Positions 32,561-45,853 of a stretch of 64,000 nt of DNA are shown here, piece after piece. The stretch spans positions 24,304,001 to 24,368,000 of the forward strand of contig OZ336888.1 in assembly GCA_965287045.1 (NCBI GenBank), given 5' to 3'. The notes beneath the pieces were generated by a model that saw only the letters and a program-made list of their open reading frames with translations, had not been told where the DNA came from and searched no databases. Within the stretch, counting starts at the first letter, position 1, and each line of letters opens with the position of its first letter. The DNA is from Carcharhinus amblyrhynchos (Eukaryota). A program made the position numbers and the translations under genes.

Positions 32561-35074
32561 CAATTTTATGATGGGTCCCATTTTAATTTAGGATTTTATC
32601 AGTGCCTATTTTATTTATAATAAAATAATAGTACAGTAATAAAGTTATTTCTGACAGCTCAGTTGCATTACATTACAATAATTTTGCTGATTTTTCAGCG
32701 TCATTGTGCATGATTTTTTTTCTTTTAAAAAATGGTTGGCCCTCTCTGTGTAGAATTCCCTGGAGCTGTCATTACTGATGGTTTTAATAACATTATGAAT
32801 TTTTTACACATTTACAGATTTCACGCATCGCCATCTGACGAGCGCCCTGAGGACTAAACGCACATCAGGAGTCCTATGCAGTGCCACCAGACCATGCACG
32901 CCGGTGTTCTCCTCAAGATAGCCTTTGTTGGCACTGTGAAGGCTATTTCCAAATAAGAGATCACGTCAAGCCTCAAGACCACACACTCATGTTTGTTTTC
33001 TGTATGAACTTCACAGCAGCCCTTCAAATGCCAAGCTTTCCTTAACCACAATAGATTCTTTGTGCAGAGGACACACCTCTTTCCCCTGCAACAGGCAATG
33101 TCATGCTGGATGAATGGAGTTCTTCACCAGAATACGAAGTTGGATGGCCTCGATTAAAGGGGATTTTTGTGGAGACGAGTTGAGGAGCTGGGGAAAAGTC
33201 TCCAGTGCTAATGAGCCATGCCGTGAAAGTGAGTGGTACTGAAAGTGGAAAAGAAATCTCAAGTTGTGTTCCAGTTATGGCGACGTTGCTTCTCAATATT
33301 TGCTTTAATACTAGCAAAGAGCTTTAACCAGCAGACATTTGCTTCATTCTGTAATTCATTTCCTTCAAAGGATAATTGCTTAAGGAATGTAGTCAGTGTA
33401 TAGTTATAGCGGATATTACAAAAGGGTAAGAGAACGTTTCTAAGAATTCAATGAACTAAATTATTTTTACCAAATAGGAACAAATGAAAATATTAAAATC
33501 AAAATCAATGCAATAAAATTTTATGAAGGATTAATCTGTGCTGTCAAATTACAACCTGGCTGGTGAAGATGATGGTATACACTTCAAATCCCATTCTTTC
33601 ATAGGGACATTCTTTTCTCCTCCAATATTCCTAGTTTATGCTTGGGTTCTTCTTAATCTTCCTTGCCCCGCCCCCAATTGCCATCTCTGTCTCTGTTCAT
33701 GTGGGACAGCAATCCATTGCACAAGTTGCTGTCTTTTTTTTTCAGTTCATTTTAAAACTTTATTTCTTTCCCCTGTTGCTTGTGTTCCTTTAATTCATAA
33801 AGCCTGGCCTTGATACAAGCCCCTAAAATACTTGCAGCCAGTCCCCACAATACAGGGAGTGGAGAGAGAATGGGGAAGTGTTACTGATCTCACTGTGGAT
33901 AGACTACATCCACGTTTTAAGATGGCACCGGAGATGGTGGACTCTTTGTGAACTATGTATAGTATGTTTCATATGGATAACACGCAAAACAATACTTTTC
34001 AAATGTTTCTCAGTACATGTGGCAATAATAAATCAAATCAAATCAAAAATCTTTTATTCAAACCTAATTCAAGTTAGCATCTTTCCAACAACGTTCAACA
34101 GTGCATTTAACACTATTTCTCCCCACTCCCTTTGGACCTGTACTGGCACTGCCCAAGTGAATGAATGCTTTATGCATCTAAAGCTTAAGTGGCATAGCTG
34201 GTGCAACCAACATGTTCTCATAAACAGCTAACTTTGAGTTGCCGTTTTGTTTGGGGGTAGGGGTACCTTTACCCTTTCTGAAACTTTTAGCCAGCTTTTG
34301 CTTAATGTTGGCATGTAGTTCATAATAAGACAAGGCTACTTCTGTAACTTGTCATACTACAATCCCTTATCATATAGGTGAGTAAGTTAGCCACATATTT
34401 CCTGTCATGTTAGTTTTCAGCAACCAAAAAGGAACAAGTGAGAATTCTTAGGTAGTTCCAATGGTTTCTGTTACAATTGAAAAACATGCCATTGCAGATG
34501 GCATAACCAGAAGTGCGCATCACTTGCTCATGTGCTTTTTGTCATTCCCCATGAGGTTACAATTAAAATTTGATGTGTCGGTGGCATGCTGGGGAAACAT
34601 GTGCGAGTGTATGGCAGGGGCTGAAACCTGCCATCAGCTGGGGATGCAGCAAGTATTGGCGGGCAATAAAATAGCTTCTTGGACAAGCAGGGAGGATCTG
34701 CATTACAACCAAAACATTCCTGCCCAACTCCATTGCAATTAACATAAGACTTGAAAGCACAGGTGGCACAGGAGTCTTTTAAATTAAATCTTGTTCGTAA
34801 ATGTTTCACATGACATTGCTTTCACCTTATTATTATGTGCATCTTTGTTTTTCTGTTGAGGTTAGCTTAGACAGAGTGCTAAATGTACCTCATGATTGGC
34901 AAGCATTGATGATTACATGAGAGTTAGGGACATTTCCCTTATTGTGGGAGAAACAATGTTTTGCTAACTCTTTATTGAATGTTCACGTTCATGTCCAGTT
35001 GTGCTCACCTCTCTGAGACATGGCTAAAATTATAGGTCCTGCCGTCTCTCCATTCTATGCATCGCAAAGGATAT

Positions 35075-35390
35075 TCATAGAATCATAGAACCCTTCCAGT
35101 GCAGAAGGAGGCCATTCAGCCCATCGAGACTGCATCGACTACAATCCTACCCTGACCCTATTCCTGTAACCCCACGTGTTTACCCTCCTAATCCCCCTGA
35201 CACTACGGTCAATTTAGCATGGCCAATCCACCTAACCCATCTATCTTTGGACAGTGGGAGAAAACCGGAGCAGCCAGAGGAAACCCACGCAGGCACTGGG
35301 AGAATGTGCAAAGTGAGCCAAGGTGGAATTGGACCTTGGCCCCTGGCGCTGTGAGGCAGCGGTGCTAACCACCACTGTGCCGTGGTGTCA
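35075..35390 (-). mobile_element. HE1/V-SINE type A
   Basis: Reverse copy starting CATAGAATCATAGAA. Confidence 0.88.
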
Positions 35391-36284
35391 CACCGTGTCT
35401 GAGATCACGCTCGGCAGGGATAATGGAAATGTCGTAGGTCAATTCAAAGCCCTGCAAGGACTCTGTCAGCCAACACTCTGAGATGGACACACATTTGGAC
35501 AGTTCTGACATTGCCCTTTAGTTTCCTCATTTTCTTACTTTGACTGACCTTTCCCAGGGTATTAAGTCCTTCTTACATTAGTCCTCAAGGTTCCCAACTC
35601 CACACCACTGCCTCACTTTCACTGGTCCTGAAGCTCCCTGTAAGTTGCCGTTCTTCTGCTCCCCCCCATCCCCCCATTGTTAAACAAGGAAAACTGGTGA
35701 CCTTGCACAAACTTGACTGACGCACGCCACCTTTAAACAAACGTGAGCCGGGTGCCATGAGATTCTCACGTGCCACTGGCTTTGTCTTGAAGGTAGGATA
35801 TAATTAAAAATGTTTGTGCTCATGAATATTCATGAAATGCAAATATATTATAAGTAGGAGCACACCAAGGGCCGGTGTGAGGCTCGACAGACACACAGCA
35901 AGCTTGCCTCTGACTTTACTATTGCGTTCAGTGCTAGCGGTAATCTGATATTTCGCATCCTGTCTAATTAAGTGACCCCGTATGCCATGCTTCTGCTAAC
36001 ACAGACAGTCCTTTCTGAACAGGTTATTCACACACCTACTTTGCTAGTTTGAAATGAGTGAGCAGTGCTGTGAATGAAAGGAGCAGGACCCAGCATGGGG
36101 CCGATTTAAATACATTTTGAATGCTTAATGGGGGTTGTAGTCATCAGTACAGCTTTGAAAATGATGCTTCTCAACGGAGGATGCCATACGCTTCTTCCAT
36201 CTCCTGGAGGCAGAGCCAGAGCTTCCTCTTTACTGGGATGGCTCATCCCATGGGTATGAAGACCAATACCGCATTAAAGTTTAA

Positions 36285-36570
36285 TGATGTGGAGATGCCC
36301 CATCTCACTTATTGTCCTGTCTGGAGACAATACACATCTCTTCAACCTATGCTTAGTGCCATCTCCACTCACATTGTCTGCACCTTTAAGACTTGATTAG
36401 CTATAAAGACTTGCATTCTAATCAGTACTCTGTAAACTGTGTGTGTCTTTATATGTTCTGTTTATGATCAGAACTCCCCAGTCACCTGACGAACCCCGAA
36501 AGCTAGTGGTGTTTACTACCAAGTAAACCTGTTGGACTTTAACCTGGTGTTGTGAGACTTCTTACTGTGT
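36285..36570 (+). mobile_element. Penelope-derived short element with hammerhead-like core
   Basis: Starts TGATGTGGAGATGCC like the 17364 copy; CTGACGA-ACCCC-GAAAGCTAG; flanked by TTAAAGTT(T/A)AATG. Confidence 0.8.
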
Positions 36571-36679
36571 TTAAAGTTAAATGCCAGCAGATCCTTCCCA
36601 CCCAGTGTCAGCGACATGCAAATCAGTCAATTAGATGTCCATGTTTATAAGGGAGCAACACATTTACTTTTGCTCCAGT

Positions 36680-38795
36680 CCTATTCAGGCACCCCCCCCA
36701 ACAAATTTTTTTTCCATTCCACCGATGACTGTATTGGGGCCGCTTCATGCTCTTATCTGGACCTGAAAAGAAAACTGATTTTGCTTCCAATTCCCATCCC
36801 TCTCTCACCTTCACATGGCTCATTTTTAACACTTCATTTCCCTTCTGTGACCTCTCTGTCTCCATTTCAGGTGATAGACTGATCATCAATGTTCACTATC
36901 AGCCCACTGATTCCCACAGCTACCTTGACTACAGCTCCTCATGTCTGGCTTCATAAAAGGACTCAATGCAATTTTCCCAGTTTCTCTGCTTCTGCTGCTT
37001 CAGTTCCAATGATATGATCTTCCAAAAGGGTACTTCAGGCATGGCTTGCTTTGCCCTGAACTAAGGGTTCCCCCTCACTGCGGTTCAGTCACCTTCCCAG
37101 ACAATCGTAGATTATGCAATACCTGCTCCTTTACCTCCTCTCTTGTCATTGCCCAAGGCCGCAAACACTACTTTCCGTGAAGCAACGTTTCATTTGCACT
37201 TCCTTCAATCTGATCTATTGCATTCACTGGTGCCAGTGTGGTCTCCTCTGCATTGAGGAGGCTAAACACAGTTTGGGTGGCCATTCTGCAGAGCACCTTG
37301 GCTCAATCTGCAGACAAGACTCAGACCTTCCTGTTGAGTGCCATTTCAATCCAGCAGATTTGCTCCCATGCCCACATGTCCTTCCTTGGCCTGCTGCAAT
37401 GTTCCAATGAAGCCTAATGCAAGTTGAGTGAACAGCACCTCACCTACCGATGTGGCATGTTACACTCTTCTGGATTTAATAATTAATTCAAAAGCTTTGA
37501 TCTAAGTACTCTCTCCTCCAAGTTTAACCTTTTAATCCAATTCTTTGTCCCTTGTCCCCCACCACACCCCTTTCTTGAATTTGCTTTCAAAGAGTGCTGA
37601 AGTCCTAACCCTTTTCCTGCCAGTAACACATTATGCACCTCACTTTTATGTCACTATCAGCAGTTTTTAGTCTTTGTCACTAACACTGACTTTGTCTTGT
37701 GTCCATCTTGGGTGTCACAGTGACACAGTGGTTAGCACTGCTGACTCACAGCACCAGCCTCCTGGGTTTGAATCCTGGCTTAGGTCACTGTCTGTGTGAA
37801 TGCACATTCTCCCCATGTCTGCATGGGTTTCCTTTGGGTGCTCTGGTTTCCTCCCACAATCCAAAGATGTGCAGGTTAGGGTGGATTGGCAATGCTAAAT
37901 TTCCCCTTAGTGTCAGGGGGCTAACTAGAGTAAATGCATGAGTTATGGGGATAGGACCTGAATGGGATTGTGGTCAGTGCAGACTCATTGGGCTGAATGG
38001 CCTACTTCTGCACTGTAGGATTCTATGACATCTTGGTCAAATCTCTCCTAGCTTACATCTATTTCTGAGTGTTTTTCTGAGGGTTTTTGATAGGAGAGGG
38101 GATTAAAGGTTATGGGGAGAGGGCGGGAAAGTGGAACTGAGCAGCGACAGATCAGCCATGATCTTATTGAATGGCGGGGCAGGCTCGAAGGGCTGGATGG
38201 CCTACTCCTGCTCCTATTTCTTATGTTCTTATGTTCTTATGTTCAATTTTGCTCCCCTTTCATGACCCCCTCTTCAGCAGTATAAAATCCATCACCTTAC
38301 TTCCTCTCTTTAACTCTGAAGAAGTCATACAAACTTCAAATATTGGGTGGGATTCTCCAGGACGTGTCCCAAGACTGAAATTCCTGTCTGAACTCAATGA
38401 ATCTTTAAATGGTCCACTGAATTTTCCATTTCACCTGCTATGCTGTTTTGCTCTCTACAGATGCACAGATGCACTGCTGCCTCACAGTGCCAGGGACCCA
38501 GGTTCCATCCCTAGCTTGAATCTGTGCAGGAATCTGCACATTCTCCCCCTGTCTGCATGGGTTTCCTCCTGGTGCTCTGGTTTCCTCCCACAGTCTAACA
38601 GATGTGCTAGTTAGGTGCATTGTCTCTCAGTGTAACCGAACAGGCGCCAGAGTGTGGCAACTCGGGGATTTTCACAATAACTTCATTGCAGTGTTAATGT
38701 AAGCCTATTTGTGACACTAATAAATAAATTTTAACTGAGTTTTTCCAACATTGTTTTTATTTCAGAGTTCCAGCATTCGCACTAGTTTGCTTTTA
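36680..38795 (+). mobile_element. Degenerate Penelope-like retroelement (RT plus GIY-YIG endonuclease) with nested SINEs (37710-38030, 38470-38735) and a CR1 tail (38083-38243)
   Basis: DDCIGAASCS, FTW..FPFCDLSVSISGDRL..HYQPTDSHSYLDY (RT); VKQRFICTSFNLIYCIHWCQCGLLCIEEAKHSLG..AEHL (GIY-YIG with CxxC). Confidence 0.85.
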
Positions 38796-41280
38796 TGAAG
38801 TTTCTCGGCAGTCTACTGGACTACCTTTGAATTTTTCAGGTGTCCAAGTGTAGATGTCACCATTTTTACTGATATGATTGTAGTGCCCACACTCTCTTAA
38901 TATTCAATGTCTGACCATGCAAGTACATACAAAACTACAGAACTAATTTATCATGGCCAGACTGCAGTGTACAGCTGATAGCATTTTGTGACTGTGTATT
39001 GCATTCTACTGGTACTAATCTGAGACCCTCACGTGCAATATAACTGAATCTACAGTGACTGATTAGTTATATGCAAAGTTCAGACAAGAAGTGATATACC
39101 CCATCACCAAATATTTATAAAATCCTGTTGAAAATCAAATGTTGAAAATTAATTCCGCAAATTACAGGTCTCCAAAACAGTGGGTGTATTCTGTCACACT
39201 AGTTAGCTTGACAAGGTTGTCTCTGTCTCTTGCCAACTAGACTGCTGGGAGGAGCTCAGTACTATAGCGATCTATTCTATCTTAGGTGAGGAGAAAGATA
39301 TGCATGAGGTAGCTCTAAACGATGCTCATTGGTTCAAGCCTAAACTATTAACTATCAAAGTTGGCACCACCCAAACACAAGCTTTAAAATCCCCACACCC
39401 CACACACCCCCACCCCTGATTAGAAAATTTCACATTAATCCTGAATTGTCTTAAAATTAACCTTTACTTTTTAATTTCTGTTCTTTTGTTTTAGAAGGTT
39501 TAATTGCTCTCTAGTATCATTATATCTCATTCTAGTTCGGGCTTTGCTTTTCTTAGTTTAACTCTTGTCTATACAGCAGGTTGAATCAGGTATGTTATTA
39601 TTTTGTGTATCACTGCTTTAGGCATTATTTTCAATATAGCCTTTAGCTTAGTCAATATAAACATTTGCTTTTACAATGACTGGAAATCTTACAGCAAGCA
39701 AAATGTACCAAATAACACTGGATGTGTACTTGTCTGTTCCTTTCATTTTCAGGCTGGAAGTATGCCATATAATACTATTTACTGTGATCCTGCAATAGGT
39801 CTACTTAATTTATCGATCTTTTACTGACCATCTGTTCAATCTGTTTCACTATCACTTAGTCACTTCATTGCTGTGGGTCAGTCTGCCTTGCCCAGACAGC
39901 TGCAAGGTAAGTACAATTTGCCAGTCTGCAACGTCTGGTCTAGACCAAATCTTTACATTTCTGGACACAACATTCTGTCAGGATTTAATAAAAAGACAAC
40001 ACCAAGAAAAAGATCGACAGTGAAAATAGTTGACAGTTTTTCTGTGTCCTTGTATCAGTGGAACAGTGTGTTGAATTCTATTTTCTTTTAGGAAATTGAA
40101 AGTTTTTGTTTTGATAATAGATCAGAAACTGTGCTCTGCGCCTGGGATTATGCAAACTAAATAGCAGTGACATGGGGCAAGAAGCCTAAGAAAAGGCTGC
40201 AGGTGGTCTTCAAGTCAGCATTGTATTTTGTGCCGGACTGTAACATCTTGTTAAATTATTCTCAAGAGGGCCCCTGTCTTAACATTTCTACCCAAAAGGA
40301 CTCTAAGACCTAAAAGGTTGAAAGCCGCTGGCATATGTTATCAGATATGATTATGCCTTTCCAGACCAATAAACTCACAAGGTCAAAGGTTCAAAAGCTG
40401 AAAAGCTCAAATCCCTAAACTGGAGGCTAGGCTTTCCAAAGAATTGTACATGCATAGGAACAGCCATTATATATTAGCCCATAACCTTGTGAATAGGAGA
40501 GGTTGATCTGAATGGTAAAGCTCACATAAGGTGCAAGCCTAGCATTAAAAGCTGACAGCAACATGCTGAGCTTTGCGTAATATTGTAGCTTTTTTTTTCC
40601 TCTGACACTAGCAAAATACCTTGCATTGTGTCCCTCTGCCCATATGATCCCTGTCATGCACTGTCCCATCTCCTGACAACCAGCTGTCAATAGCCAATCA
40701 CATAGCTAACCTCGTGGGGTACTGGAGCTCTCACCTATGACTGAACAGATCAATTAATTGTGGAGCCTAGCTTGTAACTATGGATAAATGTATCACACTG
40801 TGGTTCTGTGACTAAATCACTGGTACTGCAGAATAACTGAGAGGTTAAACAACATGACAGAGACAACAACAGAGGGATATTTTTGCTGTTTTACGGTTAT
40901 GACAAAAAAGATAACATAACCTTTAAAACTTTTTTTTAGGTTCTAGGAACAGGTTAAAGGTTATTTGTGCATACGAGTAGGAGGCATAAGGCTAATTATT
41001 TTATGCCACAGGCGTTTTAGAACACTGGAAACTCAAACAAAGCGCATTTCTAAAAGGAAATCATTCATGTCTCTGCCATAATCAGCAGAAAGCCATTTCA
41101 AGACCAAGTAATTCTGGTTACATGTTTATTTCCTCTTAGCAAAACAGATCTAAACTTCACAGAGATATAATTCATTGGAATGAAATATAAGAATATATAT
41201 TTTAGAACAAACTGTCCAGATTTCCAATTCATAAAAGGCTGGGGCAACTGTTCAGCCCCCACAAAGGCAACATTGTCATA

Positions 41281-41800
41281 AATTCATAAGCTCATAAGAT
41301 ACAGGAACAGAATTAGGCCATTCGAATTTGCTCCACCATTCGCTCATGGCTAATATGCTCCTCATCCCCATTTTCCTGCCTTCTTCCCACAACCCCATTC
41401 AACCCTTTACCAATAAAAATCTAACTCCTCCTTAAATTTACTCACTGTCCCAGCAGCCGCCACACTTTGGGGTAGCGAATTCCACAGATTTACATCTCTT
41501 TGGGAGAAGTAGTTTTTCCTCAACTATAAGACAATGACCTCTCGTCCTAGAATGCCATTCAAGAGGAAGCATCTGTTCCATGTCTACTTTATCCATACTT
41601 TTTATCATCTGTGTACCTCAATTTGATCTCCCCTCATTCTTCTAAATTCCAGAGCGTATAGGCCTAAACTGTTCAATCTCTCTTGATGCGGCAAACCCCT
41701 CATCTCTGGAATCAATCCACTGAATCTCCCATGAACTGCCTTCCACGCTACAACATCTTTCCTCAAATAAGGGGACCAAAACTGTGCACAATACTCACTC
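41281..41800 (-). mobile_element. Older CR1 3' fragment
   Basis: EYCAQFWSPYLRKD..LGLYALEFRRMRGD. Confidence 0.85.
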
Positions 41801-42089
41801 AATAAGCACAGAAGCAATCTCCTAGGGGCACATTATCCTCTTACTAGTGGTACTTTCATAACTGGCACAGCATCGCTCACTCAATGGACATATTGCAAAC
41901 ATCACTATGAACACAACTATATCAACAATACAAAACTAAATAGGCTGGAGCAAATTTCACTCTTGACTGGTCATTTTCTTACACTCTCAAAAGTAGGTCC
42001 CAAGTTCTCTAAAATCAGGGGAGGAAATTTCAGTGAGGGTATAAGGAAAAGTTCCATACAAAATTAATGTTTTATTGATATCTATTTTA

Positions 42090-42430
42090 TTGGTGGCTAG
42101 GGGATGGTATTTGTGGCAGGGATGAAGGCAATAACTTCACTCTTCATAATACTTAATTGAAGGAACTTTCTGTACATCCAACAAGGAATGTCGGACAAGC
42201 AGTCAGCTGACTTAGAAACAATGGAGGAGTCAAGAGAGGTGGCACTGAGGTAGATCTGGGTGTTGTCAATGAACTTATGAAAACTGAAGTGTTTTTGGAT
42301 GATCTCACCCGCAAAGATAGAAAGGAGATGGAGAAATAGGAGGGGGCTTTGATCCTTGGGACATAGCATTGATAATGGTTCAGGAGCAAGACGAAAAGCT
42401 GTTATAGGTGATTCTCTGGCTATCTGAGAG
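42090..42430 (-). mobile_element. L2 LINE RT fragment
   Basis: FHKFIDNTQIYLS..DCLSDI..WM..FLQLS..KSE (L2 YADDTQLY region). Confidence 0.75.
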
Positions 42431-42539
42431 GTCAGTGAGGTGGGTCTGGGAACAAGGAGAGGAATCAAAATGACAAGTGAGTAGAAGCTCATGATGATGG
42501 CTGTAGACTGAATTTTGGTGCTCCACAAAGCAGTCCCCA

Positions 42540-42810
42540 ATCTTCATTCAATCTTCCAAAATGAAGATGTTGACCTCTGAATACAGCAGACTAAATTGAA
42601 AAGAAGTACAACTAAATTGCTGTTTCATCCAGAAGGAACATTTTAGTCCTTGGACTATGAGAAGAAAGGAGGTAAGAAGACAGGGATTGAACTTCTGTGA
42701 CTGTGTGGGTAAGTGCCAAGGGAAAGGGAGTGAACTAGGATGTTTGGCATGAATGGTTTCTTCAGAATGCTAAGAGGGCTAGAGTGGGTAAGATATTTGA
42801 CTGTGGTAAG
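42540..42810 (-). mobile_element. Penelope GIY-YIG region remnant
   Basis: Reverse complement resembles 37130-37280. Confidence 0.5.
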
Positions 42811-44419
42811 ATAACATTGATACAACTTGGCTTGCTTGACTCCCTTGTCCAGTTTAAACTTGGTGCCACAGTAGGACCATATTTACATAGAGTAAGAATT
42901 AATATTGCGAAAGGTCAGCACTCTCCATCCCAAGATTCAGTGCCTAACACATAGTTGGCAACTCTTGAGCTCCCACTGCCTTTTAACCCACACTTGAGTG
43001 TTGAACGGCAGTCAGCGGAGCATCCGTCTGCCCTTGGAAGGAAGCCCTGCCTGTGAGAGCTCGTCAGTTGGTCATGCACAGCACTGCAGTCGCAAGAAGT
43101 GGTGCTGCAGCACTTTGCCTGGAACTAAGTCCCAAGACCTTTAAAAGGGCAGATCTTGGTGGTACTGGAGTCGGAAGACTAGGGGATGCACCCAGAAATA
43201 GACCAGGAGGGGAGGAGGTCCCAGAGCTCCAGTGTCCCAGGCAGGGAATGCTCCAACTTTAAGACAGCCTTCAAAGTGAGGCTTCCTCCCCTTCTAAATT
43301 AGGGAAAAGGATTAATGTCACTTTCCCATCCTACCTGTACCTGCTCCCACCAGCCTAAAAATTGTGGCTGGACGGAATAAGGTGATTAAGTGACCATTTA
43401 TGAGCTTTAATAGGAGAAAGGGCAGGTTTCCCATCCAAAGCCCTGCACACCCTCCCCCCCCCGCCCCTCTCCGCCGCACCGCTCCCCCCCTCCTAGTATG
43501 AAACTGTGTCTGGGTTTGGGCAGGAAGGATCCCAGCTGGAATCCCGTTCATTAATTTTATGCCTCTGCCACAAATCCCCAGCCCCCCTACTGCAGAACCC
43601 GCCTAGGATCCAGAGTAAATTTTTGCCCATGAAATTCGTTTTTCAATCATAATTAAGCTAAAGAACCGGCTATAATGGCGACCTTATGTCAATTTTGGTG
43701 TCGGCAACGTACATGTCTTTTATTATGTTTATATAAAGCCAATAGCTCTGTACACCTGGATAATATTTAGTCCACATTCCCTGACCAAGTGCCCGTTATC
43801 AGACACAATTTTAACATGAACAGAACAGCACATGAAGCTTTTAGAGATTAATTTTTATTTCTAGATAATCAAATTCGATGATATCAGGAATCAGTACAAT
43901 TAATCAATTGCCATATTTAGATTCATACTGGCAAACCAATAATTTTGACTAACCAATGTTCTGTTGATTAATGCAGTAAATAGTTTAATATGCAATTCCA
44001 TTGGGTTGAATTTCAATGCATGCATGTCGAGTATAGGGGTGAACAGTACGTAGGAAACAGGAAACAAGTGGTGTGTCTTTCAGATGCTTTTTAGTGCAAC
44101 CACTTATTTAACATCTGACTTTTGGGTTTCCCATTCAATTAGCATCAGCGGGCCTGATGATGACTCACATGACATGCTTTTGAATCCAGTATTTAAAAAG
44201 GGACAGTCCAAACATGCAAGGTGAAGTAGTTGGAGTTGGATGGAAGAGAAAAAGGATTATTCAATGAACTCAAGACTCACCTGCTTCATTGTCCCTGATG
44301 GAATAGGCTGCTGGGGCAATGAGACCATAATACCATAAGACTATGATGAGTTGGATGAAGATATATTTCTCCAACAATCAGGTTAAGAAGCCAGCTGCTA
44401 AGGCAAAGAATGTGTGAAA

Positions 44420-44567
44420 GGAACCAAAAATGAAAATGCTGGAAAATCTCAACAGGTCTGGCAGCATCTGTAAGGAGAGAAAAGAGCTGACGTTTCAAGT
44501 CCAGATGACCCTTTTCCAGGGTCTCTTTTGGTTTCAGATTCCAGCATCCACAGTAATTTGCTTTTAT
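44420..44567. mobile_element. Penelope terminal fragment with an inverted segment
   Basis: AAATGCTGGAAAATCTCAACAGGTCTGGCAGCATCTG (minus) joined to TTTCAGATTCCAGCATCC (plus). Confidence 0.7.
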
Positions 44568-45229
44568 AGCATATGGTAGGAGGTTGCTGAGGGGGTCAGC
44601 AGTAGGGTCATAGCGTCAGACACCTATATTCAATGCAGGAAGCTGTGAAATGATCTAAGCAGAGCATGAGTGGCAGACATTCACCTAAATCCTGATAAGC
44701 GCAATATTCCAGCCCCCTCACTCTATTTACTCTCTCCTACGCCAGCACATCACTCCTCTTCAACTTACTTTGCAGATGCGCCCATTCTCCCTCTGTATGC
44801 ACTTCTCGCATTCCTATATATCCATCCACCACTGATACACAGCCTCATCCTAATGTTATGTCGCATCTCTCTATTAAAGTCAACCTCAACAAATGCTCCC
44901 CATTCTTCAAATGAACACATGCCATTACTCTCAATCACTTGTTCCTTCCCTGTGTGCAAGATAAGAGAGATCAGAATATGAAGGAGAGTTAGAGAACCAA
45001 AGGTGGCCCTTTAACCATCTCATAACTGATGGCTGGAGAGCAGGAGCTTCTAGAGATCAGTGGAAGACAGGGGCTGTCCATCTAACTAGTGACAGAATTA
45101 AATATCAGGCAGTCACATGGCCTACAACACTCATCAATGTTAACTTAATGTCAGTAGCAAGCAAAATATGATCATATACAAAGTGACACCTTTGAACACT
45201 CTTACCCTGATAATATTCATTCACTTCTT

Positions 45230-45853
45230 ATAGAAATAGAAATAGAAATAGAAATAGGAGCAGGAGTAGGCCATCTAGCCCTTCGAGCCTGCCCCGCCAT
45301 TCAATAAGATCATGGCTGATCTGTCGTGGCTCAGTTCCACATTCCTGCCCTCTCCCCATAACCCTTAATCCCCTCGCTTATCAAAAACCCATCAACCCGC
45401 ATCTTAAAAATATTTAGCAAGGCAGCCTCCACCACTTCAACGGGCAGAGAATTCCAAAGATTCACCACCCTTTGAGTGAAGAAGTTCCTCCTCAACTCCG
45501 TCCTAAATCGCCCCCCCCTTTATCTTGAGGCTATGCCCCCTAGTCCTACTGTCCTTTCTGAGCAGGAAGAGTCTCTCCACCTCTATCCTATCCATCCCAT
45601 TCATCATCTTGTACGTCTCAATGAGATCTCCCCTCACTCTTCTAAACTCTAACGAGTACAAGCCTAGTTTATTCAGCCTCTCCTCATAGCTCAACCCCCT
45701 CAACTCCAGCATCAGCCTAGTAAACCTCCTCTGCACTCCCTGAAGGCCAAAATATCCTTGCGTAAGTGCGGCGACCAAAACTGCACACAGTACTCCAGCT
45801 GCGGCCTCACCAGTGCCCTATACAGCTGCAGTAAGACCTCCCTACTTTTATAT
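45230..45853 (-). mobile_element. Young CR1/HER1 3' fragment inserted in the Harbinger element
   Basis: Near-identical to 12560-13150; (TTTCTA)n tail. Confidence 0.93.

Noticed and set aside
32835-32865. Hammerhead-like CTGACGA-GCGCCC..TAAAC
   Set aside because: Lacks GAAA and a convincing stem II.
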